Part shown: one piece after another, positions 44,577 to 56,000 of the stretch
Layout: each line of letters begins with the position of its first letter
Numbering within the stretch: position 1 is the first letter of the stretch
Source: a virus
Virus record (IMG/VR): IMGVR_UViG_3300029904_000353
Location: 1,107-65,106 of that record
Length of the DNA: 64,000 bases
Strand: one strand, 5' to 3'
The notes under the pieces: generated by a model
What the model saw: the letters and a program-made list of their open reading frames with translations, nothing else
What the model was told of the DNA's origin: nothing
The model's database searches: none
Made by a program: the position numbers and the translations under genes

Positions 44577-44819
44577 ATGGGAAACTTCAGCAACCAACAG
44601 AAAGCCAAGGAAGAGGCGAAAGAGCGGGACAAGACCAGACGAGAGAAACTGGCAGGTTATTTCTATGATTCCTCCAAAGTTATTCTGGCAGGTGTAGTGG
44701 TAGGAGGATTAGCACCTTTATTCTCCAAACCTGAGATTGAACTGAATTATTATATCATAATAGCAGGCATCATGGCAACTGTTTTGCTAGCGTGGATAGG
44801 TAATAACATTTTAAAATAG
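44577..44819 (+). CDS. 80-aa two-TM membrane protein (moron-like)
   Basis: Charged N-terminus REKLAGYFYD then two TMs; AT-rich. Confidence 0.78.
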   Translation: MGNFSNQQKAKEEAKERDKTRREKLAGYFYDSSKVILAGVVVGGLAPLFSKPEIELNYYIIIAGIMATVLLAWIGNNILK

Positions 44820-44825
44820 ATAATT

Positions 44826-44930
44826 ATGACACAATTAGGATTAACATTCACAGTCATTGCTGCTCTTGCAGCTATTTTCCTGATATGGCTTAACACCAAG
44901 GCCGGGAAAAAGTGGAAAGAAACCTTGTAA
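44826..44930 (+). CDS. 34-aa single-TM peptide
   Basis: MTQLGLTFTVIAALAAIFLIWLNTKAGKKWKETL*. Confidence 0.65.
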   Translation: MTQLGLTFTVIAALAAIFLIWLNTKAGKKWKETL

Positions 44931-44939
44931 TGCAATAGC

Positions 44940-44967
44940 AAAGGCGACCCGCCAATGGGCCGCCTTT
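44940..44967. terminator. Bidirectional terminator between membrane pair and portal
   Basis: AAAGGCG.CCC / GGG.CGCCTTT. Confidence 0.7.
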
Positions 44968-44970
44968 CTT

Positions 44971-46920
44971 TTATGCCTGTCCTACGGCATTCCCTGCCGC
45001 AGGCAATGCCCCCTGCTGTGCCAACATCTGCTGTTGCCGCTCCAGTTCCTGCCGCTGCGTCTGGATGAGCTGGAGCAACTGGTCGCCGAAGGGGAACGCA
45101 CCCACCTGGAGCATCTGCTCGATAGTAATCTGCTTGGCGTTGAGCAGTTGCAACAGCAGTTCGTTGTTCAGTGCGCGATACACCGGCGTATCGTAGCTCT
45201 CCGTGATAGCCAAGTCGAAGTCAATGCCTCCCATCGTCTGCGGGTCATACCGCACCACCGCCGACCGTCCGGCCACCTTCACCGTCATCGGTTCGTCATA
45301 GAACTGCTGGATATTCTTCAATTTCTTCTTGGCATCCGCCGTCAGGAAGCTGGAATACGTCTCCAGCAGGTCGATGATGGACGTAGAAGCATTGTTGGCC
45401 TGCTGCTGGTAAAGCACGCCGCTCGTTCCGCTGGAAGCCTGCTTGCCTTGCAACGCCCCGTGCACGCCGCTCACGTCGTCCATCAGTTGCATCTGTAAGG
45501 TAATCATGTCCTGCAATCCCTGCACCTTGCTGCTGTTCACCATCTGTTGCGGTGGCTTGGCACCTTCCTTCAGCTTTAGCTTGATGACACCGTTGAAACG
45601 TGTCCACTCCTCGGCAATATCCTCGATGTTCATGTCCTCCGGGATGCTGCTTTCATCCACCACCAACACACCCTTGGCCGAGGCTTTCACGATAAAATCA
45701 TTAAGAATGATATAATGGTTGATATACCTTTGCTGATCGATGATGTCCGCCACGAACGGATGAATCTCCCCATCTATAAAAGGATAAGCCTTCACCGTAT
45801 AGGGATGCTCGCCGTGGGCGTATGGCGACTCCCCTTCTTCCAGCACATCCCCGAAAGGCGACAGGAAGCGATAATACCAGTAGTTTTCGATGATATACTC
45901 ATATTCTATCAGTGGCACCCGGTCTTCAGGCATATAGAGACGGATGTTCCCGTTCTCGTCCAGCAGGTAATTGCCCGCCGCGTCCTTCATGCGGTTTTCC
46001 TCCATGCGGGTGGCATTCTCCTGGCGGATGGCTTTCAGGTTGTCGTAAGAGTCGATGTAAGCGTCGCCCTCCAGCCAGTCGTGGCACCACAGGGCCTTCC
46101 GTTGCTCCTGCGTCCACACCTCGATAACACGGCACAGGCTAAGGTCGTAAGGCTGTAGGAAGGACACATAATCGTTGGCATTGCGATGAAAAGTGTCAAT
46201 ATAGTTTGCCAGCACGTCCCGGTTGCGTGCCTTCTTGTAGATGTCCTCCAGGCGTTGCAGGTCGGCATCGCTCTTGGCAAAGGCCGAGGCCAGTTGCCCG
46301 AAAGTGATGTCGTGCAGTTCGCCGATGATGCTCACGTCGTCCATGCGAATGTCGTTCATCTGCCCGTCCATGAAGAAGAAGTTCGGGTTCACGTTGTCCG
46401 TCCAGCAGTCCTGCCTCCCACCCCGCATCGAATACACCTCCTTCTGCACGGCCAGCCCGCCGATGAGGAACTCCTCGAACATGCGGGCATCCAGTTCTTT
46501 TTTGTCATTCAGCTTATTGTTATACTCCAGGATGGTGCTCATCGTCTCGCCCAGTTTCTGCTCCTCCCTGTCCCTTGCAATGCACACCGGTGTCTTCTGT
46601 TGGTTCCGGTACACGCCTATCACGATTCTTGCCAGCCGCCGGATAAGGTTGTTCTTCAGCGGGATGTTGCCCTGCATCCGGATGTATTCCTCCTCGGTGA
46701 TGGTGCGCCCGCAATACTCCACCGGGTCTCCCCATTGGTCGCCGTACATATACCGTTTGTTCCGTTCACGCTCCTTTCGGTAATGGTCCATGCAGTCCCA
46801 GGCACGGGCGGCACGAAACAGGATGTCCATGTAGCGTTTGTTGCTCCGCTGCTTCTTGTCGTATGCCACGGTGTCCGTCTGCGGCAACGGCTGTTTGGGT
46901 ATCAGTCTTCTTCTTGCCAT
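44971..46920 (-). CDS. Portal protein (podovirus type)
   Basis: RERNKRYMYGDQW, NNLIRRL..IVIG, IIDQQRYIN, DDVSGVHGALQG, SGVLYQQQ; start reassigned to ATG 46920. Confidence 0.88.
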   Translation of the reverse strand: MARRRLIPKQPLPQTDTVAYDKKQRSNKRYMDILFRAARAWDCMDHYRKERERNKRYMYGDQWGDPVEYCGRTITEEEYIRMQGNIPLKNNLIRRLARIVIGVYRNQQKTPVCIARDREEQKLGETMSTILEYNNKLNDKKELDARMFEEFLIGGLAVQKEVYSMRGGRQDCWTDNVNPNFFFMDGQMNDIRMDDVSIIGELHDITFGQLASAFAKSDADLQRLEDIYKKARNRDVLANYIDTFHRNANDYVSFLQPYDLSLCRVIEVWTQEQRKALWCHDWLEGDAYIDSYDNLKAIRQENATRMEENRMKDAAGNYLLDENGNIRLYMPEDRVPLIEYEYIIENYWYYRFLSPFGDVLEEGESPYAHGEHPYTVKAYPFIDGEIHPFVADIIDQQRYINHYIILNDFIVKASAKGVLVVDESSIPEDMNIEDIAEEWTRFNGVIKLKLKEGAKPPQQMVNSSKVQGLQDMITLQMQLMDDVSGVHGALQGKQASSGTSGVLYQQQANNASTSIIDLLETYSSFLTADAKKKLKNIQQFYDEPMTVKVAGRSAVVRYDPQTMGGIDFDLAITESYDTPVYRALNNELLLQLLNAKQITIEQMLQVGAFPFGDQLLQLIQTQRQELERQQQMLAQQGALPAAGNAVGQA

Positions 46921-46938
46921 CTCTTCTGTTTTTTGCTG

Positions 46939-46973
46939 CAAAAGAAAGGGTTACACGGAAGAGGGCGGCTATA
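46939..46973 (-). promoter_or_regulatory. Late promoter for portal
   Basis: TATAG ccgccctcttccgt gtaaccctttct TTTG; near-identical to 25795 copy. Confidence 0.55.
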
Positions 46974-47051
46974 TAAAGTGACACACGAAAAGTCCCCGCT
47001 ATCTTCGCAGACAACAGGGACATAACCATTAAACTACTTGTTATGGATTCT

Positions 47052-50000
47052 CTACTTTAGATTATCTATCTGCTCCAGCAGCGAGCGTTTCATCTCCGCC
47101 ACCTTCTTTTGAAGCTCCTCCTTCTCCTTCGTCGCTTCTTCCGGAAGCTTCTTCTCCATATCTCGTATGCGGTCTATGATTCGCTTATTCCTTTTGAAGA
47201 TAAGGTACTTCTTGTAATCATCGGATTGATAGAGCCTGTTCAGCTTATCCAAATAATCCAAGTCGCCACGGGCAGCCTCACGACCATAACCGCGTAACTC
47301 CTTGACCACTTCTTCATACAGGTCATAGAGCTTGTAATATCGCTCATTCACTTTACTGAAGGCTGAACGGTCATCACTGGCATCGTTGAAAAAGCGGTTC
47401 AACACAGGAGTGCTATACCATTGCAGATTGTCGCTCTTTTCACCATTAATGACGCTTTCCACACCTCCTGCCAAAGTTTTTGCGGCTTGATTGAATGTCT
47501 TTGCCATACCGCCGAAGTAGGATTCAAACAAATGTTCCACTTTGGCCGGATTCCAATTCATAATGGGTTCCAGCACATCTGCTTGCTTATATTTATCTCC
47601 TCCGGCCAATTCATTAGTCCATTCGGACAGCTTCACCAACCAATCAGATGTACTGTTGTAGGCTTTCGTCCACTCCGGCATGGTTTCGTTAAAAGCATTT
47701 TGACGATAGATGGGTTTTCCGGTAAAATCCTTGTTCTCGTATATTTGCCAGAACGGACTAATAACATCCGGCATCAGTGTGGTAACCAAATCGCCATTGT
47801 TTCCCAACGGATTGATAGGCAACAGTTCGGTGATTTGGTTGATGGCTTGGTAAGCTATCTTATCCCCGCAATTGGTATCTTCACTGATTGTAGCCTGATA
47901 CGCCATCTCTCCAAGACCATAGAAGGCACGCAGTTCAATAGGCAACGGTATGGTGATGAATTTCCCGTTTCCCGCATATAGGCATAAGTTATTACGACGC
48001 ACCCACTCAGGGAGGTTCCCGTAATAATCATCGTCATCACCTCCCAGCATTGATATGGCTATCCCATTTAACACAGGAACCAAGAATCCTGCTGCGGTAA
48101 ATCCGCCTAAGGTAGTATAAAATGCCTTCGGATTCTTTTTAGACAACCTGCTGAAATTAGCCAAGGACTGAACAGCCGCATTGAAGAACAAATACAGATT
48201 ACGGAACAGTCCTGAGGTCCAACCGAACACGCCGCTCGTTTTCACTCCAGCCCCCTTCTTGTTGAAGTTCACCGTTACTTCTTTGGCATCATTCACCGAT
48301 TCTGAAATTGTCTTTCCCTGTTCCCGTGAAGTCATGTAAGTAGTAAAACGGGAAACATCCTCTGCCCACCGGTTCATCATGCTGAAGAATTGAGCGGAAG
48401 CACGTACGGCACGGAAGTAATCACGTTTACCGGTAATTTTGTTCAACTCACGGCTGACCATCCGCTTATACTCGTCCACGCTGTGCAGCGAGGTATATCC
48501 GGTTTCACCCCCGTTGTCCAGGAACTCTTCAAACAAGGCATCGTCCGCATGGTTTGCATCGCCTTTCCCACGCAGGTTGCGGGCAATAACCCTCATGGCC
48601 CGCGGGATGTTCGCTGCAAACCGTCTGGCGTACGCTCCACCCTCTTTGATGTTCACTGCTGAAACTGCAAAAATCAGGTCACGCGACAAGTTGCTCAATA
48701 CAAACGCCGGATTCCGGTTCGTGAAGTTGGCTGCCAGTTGACGGTTGAATCGGCTGATGCCCTCCAGCATCTTGTTGGGCTCTACCGACGGGTTGGTCAG
48801 CCCGTTCACCGCCTGCGCCGCCCGAGGGCTTCCATTCACAAAGATAAGATAGTCCTTCCCGTTTCGCTTCACGTTCACGATGTGTTCTTTGGCCTGTCGG
48901 GCACTGATACGGTAGTCTATGTTCAACCCTTCCTTCACTTGGGTAGCCTCACCGTTTTCTTTCAGCATGTTCATGCGCTCTTCGTGCTCCTCCACTTTAC
49001 GGGCTATGGTATCGGCATCGTCATTCTCTTCAATATCGGGAAATGACAATACCCATTCTCCCGTACTTGGGTCTTTCACATACCATGCCTCGCGCACAGT
49101 CAGTACGTCCGTCGGATGGTTGATGGCCATGTTCAGGAAATTCTGCTTCATCAGGTTCCGATTTCCTTGCAGGATGGCGCTCTCCGCCATGTTACCTATG
49201 GTGGCCAGCGGGTCGTCCGACATGGAGCGGCGGCCTTTGGCTGACTTCAGCACAGAGTTTACAGGAGACGTTTCCGAATTGAGGTACTCAAACACGTCTT
49301 CCGCCGTCTGTTCGTCCCAGCCGCGCAGGGGGATGTAGTGCTTGAACATCTTGCCCACCTTGTCGTATGTATCCCTGCTCATCATGCCGCTTTCATACGA
49401 CTTGCGGAGCGTTTCCTTTGTAGCAGCATTTACTTTATCCCAAAGAGAGCGGGTATCAAAACGTCGCTCAAATTCATTGACAAGAAGCCGGGCAAATTCC
49501 TTGGGCGTGGCTTCGTCCAAGGTAGTTGAGGACTTCCCCCCGGATAGTTGAGGACTACCTTCGGGATAGTTCTCAACTACCTTTTGCCTATCCCGCAGGG
49601 CTGTCAGGCCGGAGTAATCCTCCTCCAGATGCTGCTCCAGACGTTTCCGGTAATACTTCTCTTTTTCAGCGTCTATCTTGGCCTTCCGCTTGTCGTAGTC
49701 CGCTTGCGTGACGCCGCCCAGCTTGTAAAGTTGCTCCAACTCCTTATACAGTTTTTCAAACCTCCTCTCGGCTTCCTGCGCAGCATCCCGCTCTGCAAAC
49801 ACCTCATTGCGCTCCAGTCCGTGCTTGGCCACCATATAATCGATGATTTCCGGATAACCGGCACCTTGCTTGATCAGGTTGGCCACCTCCTGTAGCATGG
49901 GCTTAAAGAACTTATCGCCATATACCTCCGTTTCACGTGTGCTCTTGCTTGACATTTGGTTTTCGGCCATGTAAGCGTTCTCGTAGCTTTTCAGTTTGCT

Positions 50001-53000
50001 TCCGGAGTATTTCTCCACTACTTCCTGCAAGCGTTTCAATGCGAGCATACTATCCTGATAAGCTTCCTGAGCCTTAAACCGGTTTCCGGTCACGGCGCGG
50101 TTGTAGGCGTCACGACTGCCGTCGTCACTGGTCTGACCGTCGGGAGTTTCACGATATAAATCATTCGCCCCTTCTGCTGCATTATCCGTTTCGGCTGGAA
50201 CTTGCGCATAATTACCCACCTTCAACTCATGCTGCTTCACCACGTCGGCGGCTTCGCCCAAGATGCTGCGATAACGCCCCGGCTCTGCCAGGTTCTCATA
50301 GCTACGCCAGAGGATATAACGCAGCTCGTTGTCCGACAGCGTAACGCCGTTGAAGTCATTGAATCCAATCTTATGAAGCATCCGCAAGAACAGCTCCTTG
50401 ATTTTCCGCCACCAGCTTGCATCCAAATCTTCAAAATTGGTTTCTTCTGCCAACGAAGCAAGATATTCTTCCGTGGCAAGCCGAGTATCCCATCCGTTCT
50501 TCTTGGCAAGCTCCACAATCTTTCTGCGCACATCCAGGTCGGCATTTCGGTACACATTATCTAGGAAGGTATCAAAATGCTCTCCAAAAAGTTGGCGCAG
50601 TCCGTAGTGAGCCACGGCCTCATGAAGTAGTGTCTGAGCCACATCAAACTCACTCGTGTGATTAGGAATAACAATCGTAATTTTTCCGGCAGCACGATTA
50701 TAAAATCCTTTAGCCTTTGCTCGTCGTCCACTCAATGTTTTCACATCGGTCACGATTTCCACGTTGTCAAGGTGTAGCTTCCGCGCCAAATTCTCCGCCC
50801 GACGTACCATATAGCCACGTTCGCGTTCGGCGAATGCTTGGCGTTGGCTTACAGTACGGGTAGATTGCCCAAGCATCTTGGCAATGGGGTCGTTGACATT
50901 GGACAGTTCATAGTCGTTCAGTGCGCCGTTTCCGTTTCTCATCATGTCAGAGGCTTTCTTGCGTCCTTTGTTTATGCCGTCCACAATCTTTACGCCGAGA
51001 TTCTTCAATTCTTCAAGGAGCGACGGCGTAACAGTGTTGTCGGGAATGGCAACATTTTCATCCTCAATAAGTTCTGCAATACGTTGTGCCACCTCGCTAT
51101 CGGGAACTATGCGTACCGGTCGCATCCAGCGAGAAAGAATGACTTTGCGCTTCTTGTCACCACTAAGCTGTCTGTTCACAGGTCCTGCGTTCCACTTCGT
51201 TTCATCTACGGGGTCTTTCGCTCCCTCTGCTTGATAACCACTGGTAAGCTCGCTTTCGGGCACTTCTACCTCAACCGTTACAAGGTTAGGGCGTTTGTAG
51301 GCTTCCGCGAACTGATCGTTGAGCGGATTACGCGAAGTATGGAAGTAGGGGTTATATGCTACCCATAAGCCTTTTCCGTTGTCTTTGACAATGTAAATGT
51401 GGTTCTTGTGCGCTCCCTCTTTCTCCACCAATTGTGGACGTTCATCTGACACTTCCCACTGACCGAACTCTGAAGGAGCTTGACTTATTCGGTTACTTCC
51501 AGTACCTATTTTCTTCGACATGGGCGAATACAGCTTACCGTCCACCAACGACATGGCTCTGTATACCTTAACTGTAGGCTCACTGTTCAGACGTTCAATC
51601 TCGCTTTCGTCATCAACTATGCGGTACAAGTCGTTGGCTTCCTCTTCATTAATTGTATTTTCTCTTTTGTGCTCTTTCGAGTTTTCCTTGGCCTTTTCCT
51701 CCAACTGTTTTTGCAAATCCTCAACTTCCTTTTCTGCCTCCTTCAGTTCCTCTTCACGCCCCCAAGGGGTATTCATAGCCTGGGTAAGCCCTTCTATTTT
51801 CTTTTCCTGTTCACGGATGTTGGCCTCGGTATCCGCAAGATTCTTCTTGATAACATCCAGTTGATGGCCGATACTTGACATCAGTCCACGTCCTCCATTG
51901 AATTGGCGACCTTCCACGATGTGCTCTTTCCCGGCATACAGTTCATACACCATACGTCCCTCGTTGTAGTGTACAACTACCTCGGCCGCACCGTCATTCA
52001 GGTTCAGTTTCAACGGTGCAATGCCACGGTTCAAGCTATAGGATTCATCATAGGCATCAATTATCGGATCAAGGTTTGAACCCAATTTCTCATTAAAGCT
52101 CTGCCCGTTCACCTCTACCTTTTTCACGCCATTTGGAAAATACTCATCAACTACCCGGGTAGCCTTCTCATACGTATTTTTTGATTCCTGCAATAACTTG
52201 ATGCGGCGTTTGGCCGATTCGACACTGTCGGCCATGGCACTCTTGCTGTTGGCATCGCTTCGCTTGGAGTTACGTAATCGTTTCAGCTTGTTCTGTGCGG
52301 CAAACAGGAGTTGTGCCGTCTTGTCACCACTCAACGTGGCTGCCATTTGGCTGAATGTCATTCCACTGGGGTCTTCATCATCCTGTTCTTCCATTACACG
52401 ACTGTCCGTATTCCCTTTCATCATTTGGTTGATGAACTCCTGCTTGACACGAAGGCGGTCGTAGGCAGTGGCATCCAATGTTCCCTGCACGCCGTAGGTT
52501 AACACATGTACCGGCTTGTCCCACGTGGCATACAGGTTGCCTTGCCGCAGGATACGCCCGTTCCTCTGCTCGAAGTCCATCGGACGGAGCGGGGCATCCA
52601 CATGATGCAGGGCATACAGTCGGTCCTGCACGTTCACACCGACACCCATTTTCTCGGTACTGCCCAAGAGGATGCGCACGTCTCCATTCCTCACTTTCTC
52701 AAACAAGGCTTTGCGGCGGTCTCCGTCATAGTTGTTCACGATGGCAATCTCATTGGCAGGTATGCCGGCAGCTACCAGTTTCTCCTTCATATCCTCATAG
52801 AGATTAAAACGGGGAACATCCGGGTCATAGTCAAACAGGTCCATTTTCGGACGTTCACCCGGAGACTGATAGCTATCGCAGAATACAAGCTGCGTGCCCT
52901 TGTCCGGTGTGCTTTCCTTGTAGAGTTTTACAATGTTGCGCACGACCTGGTTCGTCTTGCTATTCGGATTGTCCGCATAGCTCGGATTCAACAACCTCAA

Positions 53001-56000
53001 GTCGATAGCTGCCTGCTTGGCCTTGGTGAACACGACCAGCGGCAACGCACTCTTCTCGCGCTTGGCTTGCCCGGTCAGTTTGTTGTAATCTTCCAATTCA
53101 CGCACCAACATGTCCATAACGTCTTCCAGGTCCTCGTTCTTGTCTATGACGATGTTCTCCATTTTCCCGCCAGCCAGCTTGGGGATGTTTTTATCTTGCT
53201 GGAACTCCTTCACGTCCTCCGTCAGCACAACATCTGCATGGCTCCGGAAAGCCTTCAGCAGTTCAGGAACATTCACATAACTCTTGAACCGGTCAGCAAT
53301 CTTGAAATTGCCCGTGGCCGTGAACTCCAACGAAGGCTCTACCGTACCAAAAGTGGTAGCAAAATCATCAAAACTACGAATGTTATAGGCATTAAGTATG
53401 TCCGGAGAAACAAAATTCATCATCGTCCATACCTCTGCCATCGTATTAGTAATAGGTGTACCGGTTGCAAGTATCACATTACGCCCTCCGTTCTTCTCCT
53501 GTACCCAACGAGCCTTCAACAACAAACTGTTGGCACGTTGCGAGGCACCGGAATCCACACCTTTCACATTGTTCATTTTAGTGGCAAAGCCTATCTTCTT
53601 GAAGTTGTGTGCCTCGTCGATGAACAAGGCATCAATACCCAGTTTCTCGAAGCTCATCACATCGTCGGTCCGCCGGTCAAGCACACGTTCAGCCCGGCTC
53701 TTGGCCCTGTCGGCAGCCTTTGCCTTTTCCTTCACGTTACTCTTCTTAGACTTCTTGCTATCTCCGCCTTCCAAGTTTTCACGCAATCCTTGCATCTCTT
53801 TCTGCAAGCGACGCTGCAAGGCGTAATCATCCGTCTTGGCTATAGCCTCCAGATATTCGTCAATGCGCTTCTGGATAAGCTCTTTTTTCCTACCTTCATC
53901 GTCAGGAATAAAACCTAGGAAGGATTGCGGTATCACAATGGCATCAAAGTCTCCGGTAGCAATCAAGTTGAACAGACGCTTGCGGTTCTCAGCACTACGC
54001 TCATCCTTGCTGGGGGCCAGCACATTGGCAGAGGGATAAAGACGATAGAAATCCTTCACGAAATCCTCCAATGTAGCATTCTGCACCACAATCATAGGTT
54101 TTCTGGCCAGACCTAATCTGCGCATTTCCATCGCGGTAGTAATCATCGTAAAAGTCTTTCCCGTTCCGACCTGGTGTGCCAGCAATGTGCTTTCGTGCAG
54201 GCTGCGTTGCACAGCCTTGGCTTGATGCTCACGCAAGGATATGGATGCATTCGAGCCGGGATAATGTGTCACGACGACCTTATTCCCTTTCTTATCCGTC
54301 TCGGCATGAGAAAAAGAAGGCAGACTATACTTCTTCAACCGATAGTTGTTATACTTGTCATTGTAGATTCGCTCCAGTTCACGGTGGATTTCATTGCGCC
54401 CGTCAATGTATTCAATGAACTTATCAGATATTTCCATGATTTTTTCCGAAACGGCTTGCGTCTCTGCTTCGTTGGGTACTCGGATTGTGCTTTTCCCGCC
54501 AGGGCCATACGTAGTCTGTTCGTCAAAAATCTTCGGTTTCCGCTGGTTAAGGGCATTGGTGAACAAATCCAAGGTATTCATCCTCTCAGTCTTGTACAAT
54601 CCCGATTTAGCAAAATCCGTGATGTGTGCCCGACGACTGACAACAAACTCGTTCAACAACGGTTCATAGCTCACGTCAGCACCGGTTATGCCCAACACAC
54701 TCTCGGCAAAGTCATTGATGTACTCCACAGGAATCCAAGGCGTTCCCAACCGATAGCTGATATCACCAAAGCGTATAGTTTCCGGCTGAACGCCCATCAA
54801 ATCCTCCACGTTTTTCTGATAATCAGGATTGTTTTCAGCAGCCGCACGGGCTTCCTCTAGCTTCTCACGGACATTGCCGGATAGATAAGTATCGCGGTCT
54901 ACCAAAGCCCCTGTAATCGGATCGCGATAGGCATCTCCTCGTTCCAGTATCTCATCAGTCACCTGCTCCTCCGTTTCGTCCATCAAACGGGCCATATAAG
55001 AAATGTCCAATGTACCTTTGTACGAAAGGCTGATATTGACAGCGTCTTGAAGACTGTCCGCAGTGGTAGGTTCATTTATAGGATAACTGACACGACGCTC
55101 CAAGATGCCTTTACCCTTCTTCACTTGCCAAACCATCTTCTTGCCATTGGCAGATGGCACACGAGCCACCTCTTCCAGCGACAGCGGTAAGTTGTGCTCA
55201 TAATCCTCGGCAAAGATATTGTCCAGAGGCTTGTTTCGATTCAATGTGCCATATTTTTGGACGAATGCATCATATTGTTCGTTCAACTGCTTTCTCAAGG
55301 CTTTCGGGTCTTCCTCTTCGCTCTGTTCGGCTGAAATCAGCTTTTTGAGCGTGTCCTTCAGTGCATTATAATCCGCCACAGCATCGGCCGTCCTTCTTTC
55401 CTTTCCGTTGAAAGTAAAGGCATCTTTGGCATCCACAGGTACCAGTTCACCATTGACAGCGACATAAACCTTGCCTTTCTTAGTGGTGATTGTGCCATTC
55501 TTCAATGATGTTTCCTCACGCTCCTGCATTTGAATGGAAGAAGCTTCCTTGGAAAGAATGTTTTCAGGCAATTGGGCGATAGCTTTTTCCAACTCTTCGG
55601 CAAGATTGGCACCGGCCTTTGGCTTCAATGTCTGCGAAGCACCACTGTAAAGTCCGCCACTGCCTGCATCAAAAGCAGTCATCATCTCGCCCAGCATCAT
55701 ATCGGGATGCTCAGCAAAGTATTCATTTACCAAGATGGGCTTGGTGCGCGTTTCTCCGTTTTCCTCATACGTGCCTTCACCTATTTGCGTGGTAGACACA
55801 AAGCCTATGCCGTTGGAAGGCTCTCCGGATTTTCTTTTGCGGAACACTAGTATATCAGCCGTCACGCTGGTACCAGCGTTTTGCAGGAAAGCGTTGTTGG
55901 GAAGTCGGATGGCACCCACCAAATCAATATTATTAGCAGCCACGAACTCGCGGAAATGGCTGTCAGAACCGTCCATCGTGGCGGACGAGGTGACAAATAC

